This document shows positions 30,414 through 42,850 of a stretch of 64,000 nucleotides of DNA, one piece after another (the stretch's first letter is position 1; every line of letters starts with the position of its first letter). A model generated the notes under the pieces. It was not told where the DNA came from. It did no database searches and was given only the letters and a program-made list of their open reading frames with translations. Source of the stretch: Zootoca vivipara (Eukaryota). The position numbers and the translations under genes were made by a program. Location: contig NC_083276.1 of assembly GCF_963506605.1 (NCBI RefSeq), positions 48,732,001-48,796,000 on the forward strand, written 5' to 3'.

Positions 30414-30606
30414 AATAAAGGAGGCAGCTATCCCCGACTGTGTTACTACCTGGCAAAAAAACGGAAAGCTTAGACCCTTGCCCTCATATTTAGAGGGCTC
30501 ATTCTGTGACATACGGGGGTGGGGGGGAGAACATGTTAAAAGAGGAGAATCATGTCAAGCCTATTTGTTGATACTGTAAGATCCTTGGGGTGCAAGTCTC
30601 AATAAA
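30414..30606 (+). terminator. Candidate KBTBD4 polyadenylation signals (AATAAA at 30414 and 30601)
   Basis: Two canonical hexamers downstream of the KBTBD4 stop. Confidence 0.45.
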
Positions 30607-30831
30607 GGCCTTCCGGAACAACTCGTTTATAATTGCTTGTATTCGAGAGGGAGCAGTGCTGACAGTGGTCCCATGCTGGTGCACTGAGATAAGTAATAAT
30701 AGAGACCAGCAGTAGAGGCAAACCATGTTCACCTAGCACTGATAAAGCTGGAAGCTACCAGATCTCCTTTGCTCTCATGCTTCAAGAAACTTTGTGGTAG
30801 CTGAGACAACAGTCTACCCCTAAACAATACG

Positions 30832-31047
30832 TTAGGAACCAGGTGTTTTCAGCGGACGGTTCTGCACGTTGTGTGATGGCTTGTTCTTTCTTTGCTGAAT
30901 CTTTGGTGGCTCTTGCTGTGCAGGAGTTCCAACTGCTACACACGTATGAAAGTCCTCCAGCAACTTCATTTGCTTTTCACGTATGATTATATGAGGACGT
31001 ATCTTAAGAATGGTGGCTATTGCTTGTTGAGGGGTACAGTGGTGGAG
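30832..31047 (-). CDS. PTPMT1: PTPMT1 exon 4 (to stop)
   Basis: LHHCTPQQAIATILKIRPHIIIREKQMKLLEDFH..., homologous to mammalian ...IAKIRSYIHIRPGQLDVLKEFH. Confidence 0.92.
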   Translation of the reverse strand, partial: LHHCTPQQAIATILKIRPHIIIREKQMKLLEDFHTCVAVGTPAQQEPPKIQQRKNKPSHNVQNRPLKTPGS

Positions 31048-34000
31048 CTGCAAAGGCAGAAAATCCAAATGAAAAATTATCTAAGGTGGGAACTAACTAG
31101 CTTAAGCAATGGAATGGGAAAACAGACAGTGAGAAAGGGAAGTTCAAAAACAATACCCTCAACAAATCCCAAATATTTGTTGTCATTTGTGAGTCTGTCG
31201 GCTAAAATCTGCCTTGTCGGATCCTAGCAGATTACTCAACAACTGTTATACTTAACCATCTCTTTTTTGCTCCTGCTGGAGGAAGAATGACTTCTGCATT
31301 GCTTTCCATTCAATCTCAAAGCATAATTGATTATATTTGGGCTATATGCTCTAAGTATCACAGCATGATGAATGGATACAAGCCTAGACAAAGATCTTAT
31401 TTTCAAAACTAAATGATGTACAACTGGTAAGGAAAAAAATACACTAATAGTAGTCTATCTAATATCCTACACATTTTCTCCCCACTTTCCAGGCAGCAAG
31501 GGGCTTGCAAGTGCAAGCATTTTTCATTCATACTGCCAACTTTAATACAGAAGTGGAAATGACTCCCAAGTCCGTCCCAGACACAAGAAAGCTGACAGTC
31601 ATACTAATTTTCTCTCCCAATGAGTACTAAATGAAGTGCTATACCCTAATTAAAGCAAATAAATTAAGACCATGTTGGAAGCAGAGTAGCAGTCCTGGGA
31701 AGAGTTTCACTTCTCTTATTCTTATTTAACAGAAGCAGTTTGTGTACAATTGATCAATTACCACTTTCTCGGTGTATTGGAAGCTTTCTTACCTGAATTA
31801 AATATGCAGCAACCATAGTGGCACTACGAAAGCGGCCAGCTTTGCAGTGCACATATACTGAGTTCCCAGATGCACGGTGCTTCATCACAAACTCAACACC
31901 TTTATGCAGGTTTTCCAATGATGGGACTCCAGTCAAATCAACAGTACTAAGGCGCAACTGTTCTACACCCATTTCCGCCCATTCCTGCAATTAACCCAGA
32001 AAACACAGAATCATCCATTTGGAAAAGAGAAGCAATGACCACTGTCACCTTTTCATTGGGCACACTGAAAGTCAAGGGAAAGATGCCGCAATTAAAAGTT
32101 GCTAATTTGGGCTGCAGTTATCTTCTGAACCCTATTGAACTCAATGGGACTTACTTCTGAGTAGACACACATACAATTGCACTGTTAAAAGTTAACGAGG
32201 GAAGCTGAAAAGACGACTGCAAAAACAGGGCTAAGAAAATAATGCGGGAGACAAAACTCTAAAGTTGGGTAGCAGTACAGTGAGGGTAACTAAGTGGGGA
32301 AAGGGGGAAATTTATCTGAGTATAATTCCCACTGACCTCTGCATTTATTAAGAAGTATGAACAATTATGTTCAACATGCCTTTTCACCAAGTAAACATGC
32401 ACATAACTGCAGTCCAAGTCAAGACGTTTCAGTGAAAACATGGCCTGAGGCTTGCGCATCATGGGAGGCCAGTTTGGTGCTAATGCTAACAGCTTCTGTG
32501 TAAACATGCACAGATCTGGCAGCATAACATGCAGTTCTGATTCAGTAAGATTTTGGGCTGTCCAGCATTCTATACTGATGTTTAAATATTCCCTTCTGAG
32601 GGAGCTTGTCAGTTGGGTTTCCTCTTTTCTTGGACACAATGGAGTTTGTGGGGGGACTCACCTCAGAAGAATAACACAGGAAGCGAGTCTCATACTCTTC
32701 GTTCATGGTGACCACTCCTCGGACATTCTGCTCCTCTACCAACTGCAGGAAGAACAGACAACTCAGCCCAGGTCTCAATATATTTCAGTATCTAGCCCAT
32801 CCTCCCCTTGAGTGAATGGTTCTCATTCAATATGTGCCATAAACAGAAACTTGCAGACAGAAGGCCATAGAAGCAGGTAAGCACTCCCTTTTTTAACCAC
32901 TTTTGGTGGAATCTAATTTGTTACTCTGATTTTAACTTATGCTTTAGTTTTGTCAATATGTTCTGCTGCCATTTTAGCTATAATTTCTTTATATTTTATT
33001 CTGTTCACTATTGTTCAGTTTTATTTTGTATAGTGTTTTATACATTTATTCTGGAAACTGCTGTGTGATTACGATACAATGAATAGCAGTCTATTATTAT
33101 TATTAAATTTATATACTGCTTAATGCCAAGATGGCTTCTGAGTAGTTTACACAAATATAAAAACCAAATGAACAACATTGTTAAAATACACAACAAAACA
33201 ATTCCATTAAAGCAATAAAATATAATCATCCACAATGATTCAAATATGCAATCAAACAATTTCAAACAGCACAGCAATTAAAACAGATGCATCTTCTAAA
33301 AAAGCAAGTAGAATGTCACTACAGATAGGGGCCTCTTGTATTGCTGCAAGGTATGGTACATGCCTCAGCACTGGTGCCAGCAGTTAAAAAGCCCATCTCT
33401 GCATCATCACAAGCTAACAATCATCAGGTTGTGACAGGATTAACTGGGATCTTAATGCTTTTACCTGGCAATGGAGCAGAGGTCAATCAGGTAACCCAGT
33501 TCAGGGTTGTTTAGAGCTTTATATATATCTATCAATCTATCAATCAAAGAACTAAAATGGCTTGGTGGCCAATAGGCAGGAGTGTTGATCCCTTCACAGT
33601 TGGCATGAGGTGTATCCAATATAGGGCATTACTTGCCACCTGGACCTCAACATTCTATACCAGCTGCAGCTTCCAGAGCAGCTGTCAGAAAACTTCACAG
33701 TGCATTATAGTAGTCTAAACAGGAGGTTACCAGTGCATCTATCACAGTGGCCAAACTACGTTGTCCAGACTCCAGGAAAGTTGACTAGGTACTCTTCACC
33801 AGCGAAGACCCTCAGTGATATTCTCTGAGATCCATCATGCAAGCTGGAGCAGAACCACCACAGAACAGTCTATAAATCTGATCTATAAATCTACTGTTGC
33901 AGGTAACAAATTGATTTGTACCATTAGTGGCAAGGGATAATTTATTCCTTCTGCTCAGTGCTTCACTGCAGCGGGCCTTGGACCCAAGAGGGGCAGCTGC

Positions 34001-34860
34001 CCCCACTTGAGTTGCATCAAAGCTGGAGAAAGGCTTGCTCAGGAACCTTTTCAGGGCTCACTAGTCAGCCCTTCACGTGAAACAACAGAAGCCAGGATAC
34101 CTTGTAGCTTGTGTGCCCCGCAAAGAATAGCCCCAGCTGTTTGCTGGGTTCGAATCAGGATGCGCTTGCAAACCTTGAACTGCTGGCAAATTTCAGCCTC
34201 CATCTCCTTCCATGTTGACAATCCTACACCGGCTACCCTCTTGTTGATGGGGTCTACCTTACGAATTTTTGCTGGTAGATCTTTCAACAGCAGAAATCAA
34301 AGAGGTAAAGGCTTGCCCATAGGATTTACCGAGCGTGTTCAGCGCAACGCTGCACGTGCCGCGTTCGAGAGTAAGCCCGCGCCGAGTTAACATAGCAGTG
34401 GGCGCAGGGCTACAGGCTGAGTTTCTAAAGGGAAGGATGCAGCTAAAGAAGCAGAAACCTCGTGCGCCGTGGGAGCTATTCCGCGGTACCTCGCAGCTCC
34501 CCGGCCGAGTGACCCGCAGAACCAGCCCTGGGGAGAAGGTGAGTAAACGGTGCCACGCGCTGAGCCGCAGCTCCCGCCCAGCAGTTGAAAGAGCACCCGC
34601 GGGTGAGACGCCTGCTCCGCCCGGCCCGGCCCTCCCGTTACCTGGCGACTCCGTCCCCGCAGAGGCAGCGCCCCCAGCAGCACGGAGCGGTCGACGCGGC
34701 TGAACCAGGGCCGCTGCGAGCCGGGCAGCCACTCCCGCACCAGCGTGTACAGCAAGGTCGGGTAGAACAGGACCCGCGCGGCTCCGGGACCCAACGTGCT
34801 CAGCACCATTGCCAGGCCGCTGGCCTCCTCGGGGCGGGCCGGGCCGTTAGGGCAGCTCAT
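30832..34860 (-). CDS. PTPMT1: Phosphatidylglycerophosphatase and protein-tyrosine phosphatase 1 (mitochondrial), 4 exons
   Basis: Exons 34860(or 34809)-34642, 32742-32662, 31984-31793, 31047-30832, all phase 0. Motifs ARVLFYPTLLY, NVRGVVTMNEEYET, STVDLTGVP and the CX5R loop VHCKAGRFRSAT. Confidence 0.96.
31793..31984 (-). CDS. PTPMT1: PTPMT1 exon 3 (catalytic loop)
   Basis: EWAEMGVEQLRLSTVDLTGVP...VHCKAGRFRSATMVAAYLIQ. Confidence 0.97.
32662..32742 (-). CDS. PTPMT1: PTPMT1 exon 2
   Basis: LVEEQNVRGVVTMNEEYETRFLCYSSE. Confidence 0.96.
33085..33830 (-). mobile_element. Old L2 LINE fragment
   Basis: Degenerate L2 RT C-terminal-type sequence (…tagtagtctaaacaggaggttaccagtgc…) and AT-rich tail. 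Confidence 0.5.
34642..34860 (-). CDS. PTPMT1: PTPMT1 exon 1 (alternative in-frame ATG at 34809)
   Basis: ...GAARVLFYPTLLYTLVRE...LLGALPLRGRSRQ, gtaac donor. Confidence 0.9.
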
Positions 34861-35109
34861 TGCGCTCGACGGAGAGGGGGCCAGGCCGCAGACATCTCGG
34901 CGGCGCTGACGAGCCCGCGCGTCCAGGCGCAGCTAGAACTGTCGCGCGGTGGGCGGGGAAGAGCAGCGAAGAGAGCAGCGAGCGTGCTCATTCGCGAACG
35001 GAGGGGCGTGCGCGCGCGTTGGAGGGGGGGGGGGACGAGTCCGCTCGTTCTCTCGCGCGCCTTTCTCTCGTTGGTGCGCCTCCTGCCCTGGGATGGTCTT
35101 TCCCGGAAG

Positions 35110-35246
35110 TGCCGCCATCTTGCGAAACCGGCCTGAGGCGGAGGCAGCCGAGCGGGGCGCGGGCGGATCCCCCGGGGCAGGCGCGAGGGCGGCGGCCGCC
35201 AGGAGGAGCCCGGGAAGGGCAAAGAAGGGAAGGCGCGCAGCCGACG
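35110..35246 (+). other. CELF1: Putative non-coding first exon of CELF1 (start approximate)
   Basis: Consensus donor ACG|GTGAGT at 35246/35247 downstream of the ETS-YY1 cluster. Confidence 0.6.
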
Positions 35247-37334
35247 GTGAGTCCGCTCCATCCAGCTTGCCGGCGGCGGACGGGACGTCAATTTATCCGC
35301 CTTATTAGGACTATTCTCCCTCTCTTAATTGGGCCTCGTTAGGACCCGAACGACTTTCGCTTCCCTTCCCGGCTGGCGAGACGGGAGTTTGGGCGGCGCG
35401 GGGGGGGGGAAGGGGAGGCTGCCCTGTCTGCCCCTTTTCTCTGCCTCTCAACGGCCGCTGCCTTGACGTTGACGGGCCGCCAGCTGCGCGGGTTGTCTGC
35501 CTTCCGCGGGTGGCGGGGCGGGAGCGTCTCATGACCAGCCGGCGACTGTCCCAAGCCCTGGGGGGGGGGGGTGAGAAGGAGAGAAAAGCGGCTCTCGGGC
35601 GCTTGGGTGGCGGGCAGCTACGCGTGTTGACGCTTGTCCCTTCTTCTGGTGTTTGCGCTTCTCCTGAAATAGTTGCTGGCTAGACATTCCGGGGCGGGGG
35701 AAGAATTTCGCAGGCGCGCTTTATCGCCCGCGGGGCTTCGGGGCAGCGCAAGCCGCTGGCGTTGCCATCCCCGGGCCTAGGGGGCGGGGCTCTCCTCCTG
35801 GAGGCTGAGGGTCTGACGCCGCACGTCTGTGTCTCTCCCCTCCGTTACGGAGCTCTGCTTTACCTTTGAGATACTACTATCAACTTCCACTCCCTCGCCG
35901 GCAAATTTAATCCCCCGGGCCGTGATAATGACCCTCTGGAAAGTGATTCCGACGAGGGAGGGGATGTGCGATGTATTCCTGGCGGTTTAATGGGCCCCAA
36001 GTGGAAGGAAAATGAGGAGGTCGGAATCCCTGGAAGATCGGCCACGTGCTGCGATTTCAATGACGACCCCCTGGCTCTTGTGAAACGTCTCCCTGGCTTA
36101 TAATGGCAGCCCCTTAGCTCTCTCCCCGGCCACTTGGCTCAGTCAGAGTAGTGCGCCACAAGTAGTTGGGGTGTTGTGTTTCGAAAGGCATTTTGCCAGT
36201 AGGGGAGAAATAAACGCAGCAAACTTAGAGCAGAGGCAGATGGAGGAAAGAGGGACATGAGGGAGATGCTTTTTTAAAAAAAGTACAGGTTGTACCAGTA
36301 CTTTAGTAATGTTATGTGGGTATGGTTCAGTGCTAAACTACACGGATACTTGCATGGTTCATGTATGTGGTTTCTTGTGTGGGAATTGCTGTACTGCACT
36401 TTCTCCCATAAATTTATTAACTTATTCTTAGGATACTAATATATGAGAAAATACTGCATGTATATGCTGCTTCCTTTTTCCATGTACTGCTCCATTGGTT
36501 GCAGGAACATACTAGAACAGTTTCTCTTGTTGCAGAAGAGGGAAGTGTTGCTGGGAGACCATTTTCTGTACAGTTTTACATGGTCTGCAATTTACTTCTT
36601 TCAGTTTGCTATAGCTTGGTCTTTTTTCTTCTTCAATTGCTTTTAGAACTATTCACTTTTGCCACTTACATAAAACATTCATGTAGTTCCTAATGTTTCG
36701 TTTCCTTACTATGTTCTGGGTACAATAGAGAAACAGGATATTGGGAAGTGGCTGTCAAGATGGACAAGAAGAGAGAGCATTACTGTATCTATCCTATGCC
36801 TCTGTGTAATGTGTTTTCATTGCAGTATACTATACTGCTATGATGGCTGCTGCTTGCTTTGTCCCTTGCTAGGGTGGAAGCATACTGAAGTTGGCTGTCA
36901 GACAGAGTGATCCTTCTGCTTCCTTCAGGGTCATACTACCTGTTTCAAGGCAAGGGGGAAAGTTTTGGGGTAGACAAACAGAAAGGATAGGGCACAGAAT
37001 GGCTTGAGAAACTGATTTGAGGGGGGGGAGGAATGGAGTTAAGGGAATGAGCAAAAAGCACTTCTTCCACCCCAAGAGAAAATGGGATATTGGTTCCAAT
37101 TTCTAAAAGTGCCTGAAACTGCATACCTTTTTACTTTCTCTCAGATATGGGGAGTGGCTATCTTGAAGAATACTGCTCCTGGTAACCCTGAGATCACTGG
37201 ATGGAATAATGTTTATGAATGAAATTGCTCTTTGAATGTTTTAACAGTTTTGGAATGTTTTTGTTTTTAAATTGTGGATCTATTTGCTGCCCTGGACTCC
37301 TTCAGGAGGAAGGGTAGGGTATAAATTCAATCCA

Positions 37335-37935
37335 TCTATATATAACAAAATGTAAAAATCGTGAAAGTGTGTGTTCCACTTTTCTCCGTAACCGCTTGAC
37401 CGATCGTCCTGAAATTTTGACAAAACGATCCAGGCCACTCCCCAAGCGTTGTTGGGAAAGAAAATCCCTCAAATCTCACACCTGGGCAGATATATACCTG
37501 GTTTTCCACCAAGTCAAACAGCGCCCTCAAGTGGCGTTATTCCCTCAGCTCCTCCTCCTACACCCCCTCCCTTCCTGTGAAATCTACACCACACCCACAA
37601 ACCAAATGACACCATCAACCAAGCAACTGAAACCACCAAGGCGGCCATTATCAGACCCCTAGGCCCCTGCCAGGCTGCCAGGCCGCCACTAGGCCCAGGG
37701 GGGGGAAGAGGGCGAGCGCCCGGACCGCAGGTCGCAGCACGGCCTTTGTTTTATGTAGCCCCCTGCCAGGCTGCCAGGCCCCCACTAGGCCCAGGGGGGA
37801 GGACAAGCACATGGATTGCAGGCCGCAGCACGGCCTTTGTTTTTATGTAGGCCTGAGGCTCAGGGGGATCTGAAGGGGGGTTATTACCCTCCGTTTCACA
37901 GACTAATCCACAGCAACGCGGGAAGGGCCAGCTAG
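37335..37935 (+). mobile_element. Non-autonomous Helitron
   Basis: 5' TC(TATATATAA), 3' subterminal hairpin ccacagcaacgcggg and CTAG terminus, inserted between A and T with no TSD; internal ~95-bp direct repeat. Confidence 0.85.
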
Positions 37936-38399
37936 TCAGTCAATAAAAATGCAACACTTAGATATATTACTGAATGATGGTGGAGACTGGCCTCTCTCCT
38001 ATGGGGAGGGGATAGAGTTCCTTAGTCCTTCCACTCCAAAATCATAGGCATTCTAGTTGATTGCTATACCATTTTGTGGTGGCTTTGTCTACTATTCTGG
38101 AGTTGGATTTTTGTAAACTGTAAATGCCCAATTATTCACTTGAAATACATTTGCTTGCATTTGGCAGCTGAATGTTTGTGCAGATTTTTGCTGCCCTTAC
38201 AAAATTATTTAGTGTGATTCCTGACTGCATTTTGTGTGCATCTGATCATTAGGTTTGTTCTTTCAATTCTGGTTTCATCTAGTGAGAACATTCCCAGTGG
38301 AGTGTTAAAACATACTGAGTTGATTTGCATGTCATGTTCAAGCCAGGGGTACCTAATCTGTGTCCTCCAATTCTTGGTTGACTGCAGTTTCCACCATCT

Positions 38400-38605
38400 C
38401 TAAGAACATAAGAATAGCCTGCTGGATCAGACTAGTGGCGCAACTTGTCCAGTATCCTGTTCTCGCAATGGCCAATCAGATGCCTGTTAAAAACCAGGAT
38501 TCCAGCAACTGGTATTCAGAAGCATTGCTGCCTCCAACTGTGGAGGTGGAGCACAGCCATTATGGCTAGTAGCCACTGAGAGCTCTCTCCTCCATGAATT
38601 TGTCT
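38400..38605 (-). mobile_element. CR1 LINE 3' fragment
   Basis: taagaacataagaatagcctgctggatcagac… typical reverse-strand CR1 tail. Confidence 0.65.
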
Positions 38606-40786
38606 TAAAAAAAATTCTCTGCACTTTCTCCATTCCATGCATAATTCTATAAGCATCTATCATGCAGCCACAGAAAGCCCTCTCCCTGGTTCCAATAAAA
38701 AAAGATATATATTGGTGTGACCAGAAGTAGGATTAGAAACAAACACACAATCTGAGTACATATTTGTTCCTTCAGCATGGATTAAATCATGTGTCTCTGT
38801 TTTGCTTTAAATGAGGCTTGATTATTTTTTGCTTGCTGTCATGCATAGCTGTCAATGCAAAGATAGAGGTAATCCAATCTGTGTGTCTCAGAATGAAGGC
38901 TGATTGGTGGGTTCATGAAGGGATTTTTGTCCTTGTAAAATGTGATACACCAGAGTGTGTATCATCCCTGACACACTTTAAAGCATATGGAATCTGGTGC
39001 TTTCCATTTGCACTTGTCCTTAATATATTTCTTGCTGTAAGAGTAGCTGCAAAATTGGAAATACCCGTTTTGTTTAATTCGAAAATGCACTGTCCTGAAG
39101 ATGTCTTCATTACTTTTTCATCTCTGGATGATCTTACAGATGTCTCTGGACACTTTTTTCCAGACATATGCTTTTCCATCACCATTTGTGTTTCTGGGTA
39201 TCTGGGCAGTGCTTGTTTAATTTAAATACAGTACCATTGTTTATGAAGAAGTCAGCCTAGTCCTTGAAGTCCTCTTCTTACCCAGGGGTCTAACTTATCT
39301 AAGAGCCCAACCTTATCAGCTTAAATCTTGCCTTGTTTTCCAGCAAATATTTCATGCCTACCATCCACATCATCTTTTCCCTAGCTTGAGCTTCTCTTCT
39401 TGGCTTGCTGCATAGTGATTTTCTTGCTGCCTGTCTCTGAAGCTGAGTTGCATGGAAGTGATAAGCTCATTGCAATGCAGAGGTTATCTGTACAGGCCCC
39501 AGAACTAGGATCTTTAAAAGTATTATTATTAAAAACTACCACTCATTTATTTATTTTACCATTGTGAAACTAAAATTTTCTTATGCTGTTCAACCTACCT
39601 TTATTTTTAAATTTATGCATGTGATAAGAAAGACAGTTACCTTAATTTCTGCCTCCCCCAATTTATTTTTCACAGGAAAGTGAATATCATAATGCCCAGA
39701 GCAAGCTGTCGAAATTATGTCTGTATTTGTCACTTTGCTCTTGAATTTGTCTGTATCACCCTGTCTTTTTTATGAATATAATTATAACTAGTCTGCATGC
39801 AGATCATTGTCTGTCCCATTGTTCAGAATTTTTCTGTAGTATCCACTTGTCCATTAACATTGAAAAGTGGGTGAGTTTAACAGATTTTCCCCTGTCAATT
39901 AAGTTTCCTTGCATCTGTTCATGGCATCTAGATTTTTGGTTATATAAATTGGACACTTTCTTCACTAAACATATTTTGCTACATTTCTAAATGTGAAATA
40001 GGTCCGTTAACTGTCACTGGGTATGTATATATTAGCGGGCAGACCAGAAGCTAGTTTCTTTTAGCAACCATGTAAGGGTAAAACTGCTGAATTTTTTTAC
40101 TCCTCAAGAGAACGTGGAGCTAAAACAGTTCTTCGTGTCTTCTGTATTGGTACAAATGCTGCAGACTAGCTTGCAGAGTGGATGGCCTTGTGTGTCACAT
40201 TGTATTTCAACCAGGCTTCCAGTCTCTGCATTTGCCAACCTGTTAGTTTGTATACATTTTTGGTACAACTGGGGGCCCAAGAAAAAGATGACAATGTTGG
40301 TGTCTGGCAGTGCTAATGGACTTGAAATACCGGTATATATTGCTGATAAAGTAACCAGTCTGTGAATGGGTTAGCTCTGAAACGATAAATATTTTTCATC
40401 GGGGGTGTTTGAAGACCCTGTCATCGGTTGGGAGAAATATACCAGTATTTATGAGAGGGCATTATAAATTCTGTAATTATTTGATAATGTGGGCCCATAA
40501 ACTTTGAGCTGGCATACACACCAACCATTATTACACATAGAGAACTTGGGGGTGGGGTGAATTTGTATTTGGGTTGGAGCTACCAAACCAGGGAGACATG
40601 TGCTGCTTCTGCCTTTGAAGTCCAGTGCAAAATGAAAGGCACTGCCCCATAGGACACTGTGTTCTAAGGTTTTGCACCACATATTTTTACTGCTTGTTTC
40701 CTGTGATGGTATCTCAGGAATATGGTGTGCTGCATTTTGATGCAATATTATCTCCCAGATAACCAGAAAGATATAACATCCATGAG

Positions 40787-41005
40787 CAGTTCAAAAGCAT
40801 ACTGGCTTGAGTAGATAAATAGATATCACTGTGGCCGGAAGGTAAATGACATTTCCATGCACTCTCACTTCCGTCATGGTGTCACGTGCCATAAATGGTT
40901 TAGTCATGTTTGCCACATGACCCGGAAAGCTGTCTCTGGACAAACGCTGCCTCCCTTGGTCTGTAAGTGGAGATGAGCACTTCACTCCATAGTCAAATTT
41001 GACTG
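40787..41005 (+). mobile_element. Diverged, truncated Sauria-type SINE
   Basis: cagttcaaaagca…agtagataaatag…ggaaggtaaa…gccacatgacccggaa homologous to 14048-14392. Confidence 0.7.
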
Positions 41006-41130
41006 TACAATGGTCAGGGCTGATGGGAGTTCTATTATTATTATTATTACTACTACTACTATTACAGTTTATTATCCCCCCTTTATCCTAAGATCCCAGA
41101 ATTAAAATGCAACATTAATATTAATACAGT

Positions 41131-41370
41131 GGTCCCAGCTCCTGCCAACCTAGCAGTTCAAAAGCATGTCAAAGTGCAAGTAGATAAATAGCTACAGCGG
41201 GAAGGTAAACGGCGTTTCCGTGCGCTGCTCTGGTTCGCCAGAAACGGCTTAGTCATGCTGGCCACATGACCTGGAAGCTGTACGTCGGCTCCCTCGGCCA
41301 ATAATGCGAGATGAGCGCCGCAACCCCAGAGTCAGTCACGATTGGACCTAATGGCCAGGGGTCCCTTTCC
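41131..41370 (+). mobile_element. 5'-truncated Sauria SINE inside a Tc1/mariner-type MITE (41127-41555)
   Basis: High similarity to 14144-14390; flanked by TA-CAGTGGT on the left and …aaccgaggtatcgcttta on the right. Confidence 0.8.
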
Positions 41371-42078
41371 GCAAAACCAGAAATAGCGTCCCAGTTTGAG
41401 AACTTTACCTCTGTCTAAGAGTGGAATCCGAATGGTGGAAGCGCACCAGCGACGGGAGGCCTCATTAGGGAAAGCGCGCCGTGGTTTAAGAACTGTTTCG
41501 GTTTAAGAGCAGACTTCCGGAACGGATTAAGTTCGTAAACCGAGGTATCGCTTTACACGATTTTCCACAATATTAAAAACAGTTTAAAACAACTTAAAAT
41601 TGCACAAATAAAATGTGTCCTAAAAATATACATCAAGTGTCAAAAGCAAGGCTACAGAGGTGTAGTCCAGAGCATATGGTGGACGCCAGGTTGGGGAAAG
41701 CTGCTCTTTTCCCACTTTCTGTATATAGACAAACATTCACAAACACACACACTGATTACTTTCCTCCCATCTTTCCCCCTATGTTACATGTTACCTGGAG
41801 GACAGTAGCCTCTTGAAGGAGCCAGAAGGTTTAGCCTGTAAGCCTTGCCTATGAAGAACAAAAACTTAGTTTATAGCTGTAACTGGTGTCCAGGAGAGAG
41901 TTCTGTTTAGTTGATTGCTGCTGTTCATTGTGGATCAGCTGCAGTGGTGTGGCCCCAAAGGAGAGATTGCCCCTTTGGGTGTTGGGTGTATGGTGAAGGC
42001 AGTTGGGTGTGGATGTGCTTGCTTCCACAGCCCCAAATGAGAGATTCAAGTGAGGCAGGAGGGGTGGATATGAATGTA

Positions 42079-42274
42079 CAGTGGTACCTCTACTTACGAA
42101 TGTTTTTACTTACGAATGGAGCTCCGTCCACCATCTTGGATGCGATTTTTTCTTACGCATTTTTATATAGGGTTGCTTCGACTTACAATTTTTTTCTCCC
42201 AATGCATTCCTATGGGTTTCGACTTATAAATGTGCATTCGGAACGCATTAAATTCGTAAGTAGAGGTACCACTG
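42079..42274. mobile_element. Tc1/mariner (Tigger-like) MITE
   Basis: Perfect 23-bp TIR CAGTGGTACCTCTACTTACGAAT, TA TSD. Confidence 0.9.
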
Positions 42275-42405
42275 TACTGGCTTCCAAGTTAGAAATGCAA
42301 TGCTGGGGAATTGTGTCTGTTGTGTGAGCAGATTGCAACTCACAAATAGTGTGATTGGAGATATTTGTTGATACAGTATTGTGATCTTATATTGTTTGGC
42401 ATTTA

Positions 42406-42582
42406 CAGCCGTACCTTGGTTTGAACATTTTGGCTCCCGAGGAAGCTGAACGTCCGGCAGGGCTTCCGATTGGCTGTAGGAGCTTCCTGCAGCCAATCAG
42501 AAGCCAGGCTTTGGTTTTTGAATGTTTTGGAAGTCAAACAGACTTCCACAATGGATTCCGTTTGACTTCCAAGTTATGACTG
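42406..42582. mobile_element. Tc1/mariner (Tigger-like) MITE
   Basis: CAGCCGTACCTTGG / CCAAGTTATGACTG, TA TSD. Confidence 0.75.
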
Positions 42583-42850
42583 TATAGTACTTTTATAATT
42601 TTTTGTATTAATATGCTGTTTGGGGCCTTCAGACTAAAAGCTGTTTATATACATATCATAACATGAATATTTGCACACAAACATGCAAACATTGACAACC
42701 ATGAAACTTAACATCATAACTTACTTTCAACACTCTCTGTACCCAATGCAACTGAATGTATGTATGAAGATACAGAGTGCTCTGTGTGTGTTTATACAAA
42801 TATTTGCCTTCTACTTACCCAGTGAAATGTTTTATTTCCCTTAAACAATA

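Larger units (their letters stand above)
34330..36070. promoter_or_regulatory. CpG island / bidirectional promoter for PTPMT1 and CELF1
   Basis: Very CpG-rich. Adjacent ETS/GABP site CCGGAAGT (35103-35110) and YY1 site GCCGCCATCTTG (35111-35122); multiple GC boxes. Confidence 0.9.

Noticed and set aside
34259-35554. Many overlapping Arg/Pro/Gly-rich ORFs in the second CpG island
   Set aside because: Same GC artefact; only PTPMT1 exon 1 is supported.
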